From Antechinus flavipes (lineage: Eukaryota): DNA of 64,000 bases. Positions 54,430 to 64,000 of the stretch are shown here, piece after piece. Each line of letters opens with the position of its first letter. The first letter of the stretch is position 1. The notes beneath the pieces are model-generated. The model was not told the origin of the DNA, made no database searches, and worked only from the letters and a program-made list of their open reading frames with translations. A program made the position numbers and the translations under genes. Location of the stretch: NCBI RefSeq assembly GCF_016432865.1, contig NC_067399.1, forward strand, positions 261,392,001 to 261,456,000, read 5' to 3'.

Positions 54430-57400
54430 AAGAATCCTGGATTTAGGACGCTATGAACACAGGGAAGGTACTCTAACCACTGGAAAAAAAGATGTTTTTC
54501 AAAGAAATGTTTTTGTATAACATTATATAAATTATTCTTTTCACAATATATGTAAGACTACAAAGTAATAGATATGAGCTATAATAGTATCTGGCTTTTT
54601 AGTCCCAAAAGTTTAAAATTGCAATGATTTGGGGGATATCTTATGTTATGGTTTCTTTGCAAAGTACTATTCCCAATCTTAATTAATTTTCTCAATAATC
54701 TCTCTCAATTATCAGCACAGTGTGTAGAAATACATACATGCACACACACACTTTATACATGCAGAGATACATGATAAACATATACACATTTGTATATTAT
54801 ATGCATTTGTGTATATCTATGATATGTATATGCCTATATGCATTAATATAGATATGGCTGTATATTACTATATTGTTACAGATATGGATATGGATATTTT
54901 ACAGATTAGGAGTATGAGGGTCAGAGTACTTAAGCAATTTGTCCATGGCCAAAGGTCAAAGGCAATATTGGAACTCAGGCCTTTCCAGATTCTTACTCTA
55001 GAGTTCCACTCTACTATCCTGCCTCTTCATTAACCTGGGCATACTGTTAACCCTGGATCCTGTTGCTGCAGAGGGCTACTTATGGTACAAAAAAGCTTAA
55101 ATTCTGAAATATATCACAAGTAGCCTCAACTAACATCTCAACTCATCTTACAGATCTTAAAATAGACATCTCCAATTCCCACTCTATGTTAAGTTTCTAG
55201 TTTTTTTTCAGTAAATAGAGTATATACAGAGTCAGGAAGACCTGAATACGAGTCCAGTTTGTTAGCTGTGTGACCCCTGGGCAAGTCCCTTAAGTGCTGT
55301 TTGCCTCAGTTCCCTCATCTGTAAAAATGAGGATGATAATAGCACCTACCTCCAGGTTTGCTGTGAAGACAAAGTAAGATAATTAAGCCTCATGGAGTTA
55401 TATAAGTGCTACTTGTTTTATTATTAGCTGAATAGATTTGGCAAGTTAGTACCCTGTCACTTGGATTTTGTAATTTGTTCTGCCCACAGAGATAACGAGT
55501 ATATTCTTAAATCTAAGGAAAATTTGTTGTTACCTTTGAAATTTTTTCTCTCTTTAGGAGGACTTCCTTCTTAGCACATAATTTTCTTTGGCTCCTTTCC
55601 AATTGCCTTTCCCATCTCAGGTGGTTTTAGGAGAGATGAAGACAAGCTCCTTGTCCTGCTTCAAAGAGATCATCAGATGTACCTCTTTGCTTAGACCATT
55701 ACTGAAGCTGTCATATTTCCAACCTTGGGAAAGCCAAATGGGCATTTGCTAAATCTCACCATGATGCCAGATTGGCAGCTGGCATTTGCTACCAACCTTG
55801 TATATTTATCTCTATTCTAGGTACACACTGGATCTTTTCTCTTAAAAAAAAAAAAGTGTAAGATCATCACAGTCACTGAGAAGAAATGGGTACTGTTTAT
55901 AACTAGTGGAAGAATCAGGGACAAATTTCAAGATCAGGTCATGCTCTTTCATGGTCACCTCGGTCTCTGCTGAACAATTTTGTCTTGATATCTAGGTCTA
56001 AATGAGCCTCAGGTTTAAGGCAGTAAGTAAGATTGCTGACAGGGATGGTAAGTCTGAAATGCCTTCCAAAGATATTGCACTGACTCTGAAAAATGGGCAC
56101 ATAAGGCTGCCTCAAAGCAGCAAAAGAGCTGGAGAACTCACTGTGAGCCTATGGTGAGCTTTCACATGTATAGATTACCTTGGTTGTCTCTGATCAGCAC
56201 CTTCTCCTGTCACAGGTCCTCGAGTCATCCCATATACCAAGAAGACTCTTTGAGCTTTTCTAGATGAGCTTTCCATAAATAATTCACTGGTTGTGTGGAT
56301 TCCACAGCCTTAATTAGCTTCCATTAACTCCATGGCAGTTTAAGGCAAAAGAAAGATGGTTACAACAGAAAGAAAAGGCAGGATGAAGGAGATGTAAAAT
56401 ATCACCTTCTGAAAAGATGACATTTTTCACAAAGGACTGATTAGACAGGACAAAGAAACTATCACTTCAATATATGTTACCAACTATTCCCAATGACCCA
56501 ATGATGTCCTTGACATTATTATTATCTCTAAGTAGTCCCTCTTTAATCAATAATACTGGAAAAGCTAATGGCTACAGGGCACTTAAGAACTAGTCAATGA
56601 ACTTGAGCCGGGGAATGTGAGCTCCTCACCTTCTAATGTTTTTTGTGAACATTGGTCTTTGCTCTCTTCATTTTCCTCTAAGAACTGAGACTTGTTTTTC
56701 ACAATGTTCCCCATGCTCCTTGAGATATATCATTCCCTATCCTGATGCAATGAATAGTTTTTCTCTGTAGTGTTTCTTTGTTTACCTCCTCATTCTCTTC
56801 TATTTACATTTCCTGATAAGTCTCATCACTTTCTTACAGCTCTTTTCTGATTCCTTTACTATATCCACAAGAATGTCAAATTGGTCACTTCTTTCTAGAT
56901 ATATTCATCTCATGTTGAATCTCAGGCATTTCCTATTAATTTGATAACTACATATAACTTAAGACCAGAGGTCTTCTATTCTGTGCTGGCACCCACTTTT
57001 GCAATTAGTAGAATGTTCTCCACTTCCAGAGTATAATGTGTTTTTGTGAAATATTATACCCATCTTCAACTTACTGCTTTCTGTTAGAGCTGCCTTTAGT
57101 CAGGCAACTTTCAGTGGTATATAGGATCCAGTCATCATCCTTATCACCCTGCCACTTACCAAAAATAGCCTACACTCTTAACAACTTAAAAAGCAGTATT
57201 TTGTAGGAATTAAATTGAAATGAAAAAATTCTGAATAATCTACCTCTATTCTAAAGCATACATTTTAAAGGAAAATATAAGTTGCACAAGATTTATTGAG
57301 ACTTTTAAATCTGAGTCAATAAGCATTTTTGAACATTTCTAATGTAGAAATTTGTTTTATTTGGCTATGTATATTTGTTATAAGGGCTTTTTAACTGTTT

Positions 57401-59452
57401 GATTATGGGAAGCAGAGCAAAAAGAAAAATAAATGCTTGTTAATCTGAAAAATTTTAAAATTTAAATCAATAAATATTTATTAAATGTTTATTCTTTGAA
57501 AGCAACATAACTCCTAATAATCCTAGAATCCAATGCAGAGTTCTTAAGAGGCAGATTTGTCCCCAGATTTATCCCCTTTTGTTTCTGGTTTATGAAGAAA
57601 ACCCAATAAAATTTTTTTCTAAATAATGGTATCAAGGAATAAAGACAATATTCATATTACACATTATTTATATTATGGCTAAAGACATAAATCATGCTGA
57701 TAAAGAATATGATTTGTACAGAGTTTAAATATCTCTATGGATGAGAAAATAATAGAGTTATGATATCTCTCCCCCAAATGGATACCTCCTGATCAACAGA
57801 CAGATTCTTATGGAGAAGCCTTGGTCTTTGATGGTAACAGCAATCCTCTTCTTGGTCCTTGTATGGACTTCTCTATATTCCATTACTCCATTCTCCATAT
57901 TCCCTTACTCCATTTTCCATATTCCATTACTCCATTCTCTACCACTTTCTTCAGATTCACTTGATAAAGCATCCCCTGAATTTAAATCAGTCTGACTCAA
58001 TCATCTTTACCTAAAAGACAGATTAAGTCCCAGGATAAAAATCCAACAAGACTGGCAGAGGTGTTGGCTGTGGGGTGGGGCAGAGAAACAGGAGAGAGAG
58101 AAAGGATAACTAATTCCCTAATGTAGGTATGCAGAGAGTCTTGATGGGAGAAAGAACCAGTATATCCTGATATAATAAAAGCAGAGCATTTTCTTCAGGA
58201 ATCTTACCAGTATAGTTTAGAGATCTGGTTGGTACATCTCTGAGATGAAACCTAAACAATGTTGACAAGACATTTAAAGTAATATACAGAAGAAAACAAA
58301 AAGAACTCCAGAAGAGGGTCTAAACAAATGGCAATTTTATACTACTGTACTATCTCATTTATATAAAAAGGGAAACAAAAATCATAGTTTCGTATATAGA
58401 CAGTCTTGCATTATATAAGTGGACTATTCTGTAAAACTTTATGTGAAACAATTTTTATGTATTAGAATTAGTATCAGAAATGGAGGGTTAGTTAGGATTG
58501 GAGTTGGTTACATTTGGCATTAGAGTTAGAGATGGAGATGAATTTAACGTTAGAAGTCAGAGGCTAAGAGTTTAGTTTATATAACAAAAGCATAGGCTAA
58601 ATAATACCTTTACATTAGTCATAAAATGTGGCAAAATGTAGACATATTAAATGTTGTCCCATGATAATAAACAGAATTTTGAAATGAAAGATATAATAAT
58701 GATAATGGTAAAATTAATGTAAGTATTGTATTATAAAGTTAACAGTTGTATAGTATGTTGCCCCTTTCCTACCCATTGACCTACCTTTTATCACTGGTGG
58801 TTGGCTGAAATTTTTTTCAGAACTCTTTACATAAAGTCAAATTTGTGTAATGGGAATTTTATGTAAAGGGAAAATGTGCAGTAAATTCTTGCTGCTATTT
58901 CTCCCTCTCAATCTGTGTATCTCCTTGTCCAGGCAAAGAATGGTTTGTAAAAACATGTTATTAGCCTTGATTTGAGGAATCATTATCTTGGAGGAAAGGA
59001 GGAATTTGTAGGTCCTTCCTCAATATGATTATGAGAATATTTTAATGAGAGATTGAGACTTGATAGACAATCCCATTCCCAGGAAGTCTGGGAGTAAACT
59101 ATAAACTCCTTGAAGGCAGGAACTATCCCAGTTCTCTATATATTTAACACCTTGAACAGTGTTTGACATAACACTAATAAATATATGTTGAGCCATGATT
59201 TGTTCTGTTTTACTTTAAAATATTCTTGGCTGCATCTTAAGTACAAGATAAATAAGTTGTGGGGTTTGTTTTTTTTTTTAAAGCAGGTACAACCAACAAT
59301 TACAAGGAATGCTGTGAGCCTGTAAGAATACCAAATAAAACCAATCCCTAGGTATTAAGCTGCAGCGTATTTTTCTCATAGGAGAGTTTGTAAAAAAAAA
59401 AATAACATGTATTCCCACTGGGAAAAGTAGCATTTTCTGAAACATCTAAGAT

Positions 59453-59471
59453 CGGCTGCCCTCTAGTGGAC
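59453..59471 (-). promoter_or_regulatory. Candidate CTCF site
   Basis: The minus strand reads GTCCACTAGAGGGCAGCCG, close to the CTCF core CCACCAGGGGGCG. Confidence 0.55.
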
Positions 59472-61294
59472 AGCTGGGCAGAGAATAGCAATACAAGAAA
59501 GTCAAAAGCTCAGCCTATATATTGTAGGCATCAGCTAGAGAGGTAGAATATCAGACATAACAGGGACATAGAGAGCGACTTTTCATCTGCTAATCTCCAT
59601 GCTCCAGGATATGAAATTGTCCCAGGATATGTGAGCCAAAAGACCAAACTTCAAAGTATTAGGTAATGAAAGAAGAAAACTGTGGCCCAGAAAGCCTCCA
59701 GGATCATTCACTGAGCAGGGAATATAAATTCCAGAAGTATCACACCCTTTTCTTCCCCAAAGCCCTCCTATTATTAGTGAAATGTGCCTGTAGGTGGTAT
59801 TGCCCTGTCTACTTTTCAGACTTTGGCCCTGAGCACTGACCCCTCCACTTGGAGAGAGAAAGACTAGTCTAATGTCCATATTGAAGTGGTGGTTGTTTGC
59901 CCTGTTCTCTAAGATGATCATCACATCAAGAAAGTGATGTCATGACATACAAGTGAATTGGATTTAAATGAGAGGTACAAGGTCACCTGCCTCTCTTTCC
60001 CCTCCAGAACCATCTGGGTACAGTGGCCATATAGTTCAGGACATCTGAACATGGCCCTGGATGCAGTGGAAGACTTTGGCCTTTTAAAGCTAAAGTCTTA
60101 ATCATATTGAGGTAGAGGAAAGTTCAAGGGGAAGATGAAGTAAGGAAAGTACTCACAACCTCAGCTCAGATAACACCTATGAGAACTGTTTAACTCAGGG
60201 AGAGGCAACCTCTCTGAATCTGTTACTTCATCTGTAAAATGAGGATTCTTGGACAAAATAGCTTCTAAGAGCACTATGAATCTTTTTTTTTTTTTTTTTT
60301 GGTTAACATTTTATATATTTAGGAAAAGCAAATTCCCATTCCCACAAATCCTCAAATTTTCAAAAATGTGTCTCTTCTGGCATTTTAAATTTACACTTCC
60401 ATTTCTCTGTCAGAAGGTAAGTGGTGGGTTTCATCTTTAACCTTATGGATTTGTGGCTTACTATAGTGCTGATCAGAGTTCTAAAATCTTTTGAAGTTAC
60501 TTTTCTCTATGATATCACTTTACCTTTTAAATCTATGGATGGGAGAAATTTCAACATTAAACAAGTGATAGGATAACAGAAGATAAAATGGATTTCCCTA
60601 TTTATTGGCTCAACCTACCCATGAACAATGAAAGTTTCTGCACTTACTTTGTGTGCAAGGAATGTTAGGTTGATAGATGGTTCTGAGGACAGCCTGGTAG
60701 AATCACTTTAAAGTATTTTATAGCTTCTGTAGTCATTTTGAATGGAATTTCTCTCTTTAGCTCTTGGTACTGGACTTTGTCAAAAATTTTCAGCGACAGG
60801 GTTTTTATTGTTCATATTATTAAAATTATCTAGTCTTAGTTTTTATTATATTTAGTTGAACCAAATTTGCATTCCTGGGATAAATCTAAGCTGACTCTTT
60901 CTAATATGTTATTGTAGCTTATTGATAAAATTAAAAAAAACATTTTAGCATCAACGTGGTTAGTAAAAGTTGCTCAATCATTCCCATTTGCATATCCCCC
61001 ACTAATCAGCTAGCTGTGTTTCTCAATATAAATTCTTTGCTCTGGTAAATTCAAGTCAATAAATATTTATCATGCGCCTACTATGCACCACGAACTGTGT
61101 GTGTTAAACTAGTAGTTTACAATATAATGGGAGAAGACAGCATACAAAGAAAGCTGAAAAGGGGATAGGGCACTTGGGGGTGGCGGTGGTAAGGTCATGA
61201 CATTCCTGGAGATGAAGTCAGCTGGTGCTGGTGGATGGTGGAAAATGAGATGAAGGATCTCTCCTCTCTTCCATCCCCATTTTATTAAAAAATT

Positions 61295-61310
61295 AAAAAA
61301 AAAAAAAAAA
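61295..61310 (-). terminator. Pol III oligo-T terminator (T16) of RPPH1
   Basis: An A16 run on the plus strand immediately 3' of the RNA. Confidence 0.9.
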
Positions 61311-61311
61311 G

Positions 61312-61661
61312 ATGGGCGGGGGAGAGTAGTCTGAATTGGGTTATGGGATCCTCAAGGAGGTAACCCACCTCAGCCATTGCACTCACTTGGCTGGCCGTGA
61401 GTCGTTTCCAAGCCCAGTCGGGGGAGGCATCCGCCCAGGCCACCTCCCCTGTTCGGGTTGGCGGAACCGCATGGGCATCTCCTGCCCAGTCTACCCCCGA
61501 ACCGGGCCCCATTTTCTGGGAACTCACCCCCCCAAATCGCGGGAGGAGCCCTGCTAGGGCCGCTATTGGCCCTCGTCTCAGACCTTCCCAAGGGCTGGGT
61601 TGAGAGAGTGACGTAGTGCACTCAGCTTGTAGCCCCAACGATGAGCTTCCCTCCGCCCTAC
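61312..61661 (-). ncRNA. RPPH1: RNase P RNA component H1
   Basis: The minus strand starts GTAGGGCGGAGGGAAGCTCATC, contains GGGAAGGTCTGAGAC and AACCCAATTCAGACTAC (conserved regions forming P4), and ends CCGCCCAT followed by oligo-T. Confidence 0.98.
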
Positions 61662-61685
61662 GCAAGAATCCCGCCCGGCGGCCAC

Positions 61686-61773
61686 TATATAAGGCTCACC
61701 AAATCAGTGCTACTTCTTACAGAGGGTGAATATCCCGTGATACTTGGCGACATGCAAATAAGAGCTTACGTCA
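61686..61773 (-). promoter_or_regulatory. Compact type-3 Pol III H1 promoter
   Basis: TATA (TTATATA) at 61686-61692, PSE-like TCACCCTCTGTAAGAAGT at 61712-61729, Staf/ZNF143-like site at 61732-61751, octamer ATTTGCAT at 61752-61759 and CRE-like site at 61766-61773. Confidence 0.85.
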
Positions 61774-61910
61774 GAGTAGAGCACAACTTTCCAGTCTTTC
61801 ATAGCGCGGGAAATCCCGTTTTCTTCAGAGGTCGTAGGTGATAAGCGCATGCGCTGAAGCCAGAGAATGATCCGGGAAGGTGGGCCCGCCTGCATTCGGT
61901 TTAGAGCGCC

Positions 61911-63031
61911 ATGTCCTCTCGCGGCAGAGGTGGAAGCACCGGCTACGCCCGAGGTTCGGAGCAAGTTTCGGGATTCAGGGTTAGAGAATGCTAGAGATTA
62001 GGAAGAGGTGGGGGAACGCCCACCTATCCCCGCTCCTGAGAGGTTTCCGGGAATGCCACAGTCCCGGGCTTGATAATTGGCTAGACAAAGATTGTGGGTC
62101 TTTGTTTGCAGGGTCTTGTCTGGTCCCGGGGTCAGGGGTCAGGGGTCCGGAGGCCGATGTGACGGAGAGGCGGCTCCCCCTCCCATTATTCTCGGCCGAC
62201 TGCGTTTTTGCCCTCGTGTTTATCCGTCTCTTTGATATTTGCCTGGTTGGTTATTTTTTCCACCCCACAACTGGAACAGTCACAGAGTAGATAGTCAAGA
62301 CAAGTCAGCAAGCATTTATTAAGCACCTGCTGCGTACCACACTGCTGAGCACCGGTGATACCCCTACCCCCAGTTGAAAACTGGGTCTCGACGAACAAAA
62401 TGCTTGTGGAATAACTTGGAGATAAGTCATAAACGCTGCTGGCAAGGATCTCAAAGGCCATCGAGTTCAGCTCCTGCATTATATAAATCCCAGAAGTAGA
62501 TCACAGTTATTGGCCCTATCGTCTCCCCGTTAGACTGAGTTTCCCAAGGGGAAACCTGTCAGCACTTGGCACTGTGTCTGGGATATACCAACTCAGCGTT
62601 TATTTAATAAAATGCTTCTTTCACATCCCAAACCAAAAGTGGAAGGGACCTTAGTAACCCCCATACAGATGAGGAAACAGAAGGAAGAAAATACAACGGC
62701 TAGGAATTTTCCTAGGTAGGACATGAACCGCTGTTTTCTGGATTCCAGAACTAGGGCTCAAATCTATAGCATTGGATTCCGGGTTCTTCCCCTTATTACT
62801 CTTCTCGGTCCATCTGGATTCCAATCCTTATTGGAGCACTAGACAAAACTCATGTTCCATTTTTGTTTCGTCTTCAGGTGCAAAGGTAAAGCGGCAGTGC
62901 CCAGAGCCAAAGCCAGGAAAGAGTGAAGTGGCCTCACCAAGCATTGAGTTTCGTTGGCAATGGGAAGACCCCGAGGGTGTCTGGCACTGGTACTCTTCTG
63001 CTCAGGATGTGGAGATCACAGAGGCTTTCAG
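61911..63031 (+). CDS. PARP2: Poly(ADP-ribose) polymerase 2, first two coding exons (partial)
   Basis: Exon 61911-61953 (MSSRGRGGSTGYAR, donor GAG/GTTCGG) splices in frame to 62878-63031 (GAKVKRQCPE...RWQWEDPEGVWHWYSSAQDVEITEAFR, donor AG/GTAAGT). The name comes from the head-to-head position with RPPH1. The catalytic domains lie outside the window. Confidence 0.8.
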
Positions 63032-63569
63032 GTAAGTACTATGCAGAATTTCCTCTCATTTTCTATACCCGAGGTTAAGGGTTTGGTCCAAAGGGATGGT
63101 CCCCTTTCTTATCTCTAGGAGCATGAGAATTGTGTTTTCAGAGACCTGTGCTCCCACTTATACTCTTACTTACACTGAATTGGATTCATCCAGCTTTCTA
63201 TAGTAGAATCACTGACTATAGATATTTAAGAAAACATTACCAGTCTCTAAGTATATCAATCTTAACAGATTCTTAGAAGTTCTTCTACAGGAAAAAATTC
63301 AGTTGGGTATTAATAGAGCAGCTTCCTATTCACATCATCCTGTCAATGTTTCACAGCAACTAGTTCTGTGAGAAGATAAGATTTGTGAGGCAAATCTTTT
63401 GCTTACTGTATTTTAGATTATGCTTGGCTTTTCTCCCATCAATAAATTCTTACACTGGAGAATTAGATATTCTTTTTCCTCTTGCTGTCAGTCCTTTTGG
63501 ATTGACTTTATCATAGGATTTAGTTTGTTTTTCATTTTTAACTCTTTTGACATTATGGAACTTGCAGCA

Positions 63570-64000
63570 ATCTATTGATAAGCATTTATTCAGGGCCTAC
63601 TTTGTGCTAGGCACTATGCTAAGCACTGGGGATTAAAAAAAAAGAAGAAGCAAAAGACTGTCATTTTCTTCAAATAGCCCACAGTCTAACAGACGAGACA
63701 ACACTCATACATATGTACAAACAAGCTATATACAGGGCAGATAAGAAGTAATTTAAAAAGAAGGCATTAAAATTAAACAGACTTGGGTTATGTTTTCTGT
63801 AGAAATTGGGATTTTAGATGGGACTTTAAAAAAGCTAAGGAAATCAGTAGGTAGAGATGAAGAAGGGGATGTTCCAGGCATGAGAGACAGCCTGAGAAAA
63901 TACCTGGAGTTGAGAGATAGAAGGTCTTGTTCTTGCAACAGCGAGAGGCTGGGTCACTGCATCAGGGTATGTGAGGGGAGGGAAGGGGTTGTATAAAGTA
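63570..64000 (-). mobile_element. L2 3' fragment
   Basis: ATAAGCATTTATTCAGGGCCTACTTTGTGCTAGGCACTATGCTAAG is the antisense of an L2 tail. Confidence 0.6.

Overview
Vertebrate genomic DNA, very probably from a dasyurid-like marsupial. The taxon is inferred from the marsupial CORE-SINE and L1 3' ends. It is a draft assembly with three N-gaps (16595-16744, 20130-20258, 42557-42786). Genes rebuilt by hand from splice sites: PIP4P1/TMEM55B (+, 7 coding exons, 284 aa), APEX1 (-, 4 coding exons, 320 aa), OSGEP (+, 11 exons, 335 aa if the gap hides 5 nt), KLHL33 (+, long tandem-BTB form with a 1-nt frameshift), RPPH1/H1 RNA (-) and the first two coding exons of PARP2 (+). Main discoveries: (1) An intron-containing pseudogene of a Na-Cl cotransporter (SLC12A3-like, most likely the NCC2/SLC12A10 orthologue) lies on the minus strand between OSGEP and KLHL33. 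The ORF track shows only fragments of it. It carries an inverted duplication of its probable 5' end, L1 insertions at splice acceptors, and a much less decayed pogo-type transposase in intron 9. (2) PARP2 exon 2 encodes the start of a WWE-like domain, which human PARP2 lacks. (3) TEP1 is not recognisable after KLHL33, and RPPH1/PARP2 are inverted relative to the human gene order. (4) One L1 insertion shows a 3' transduction. Exon numbering and comparisons to human proteins rest on my recollection of those sequences, not on database searches.
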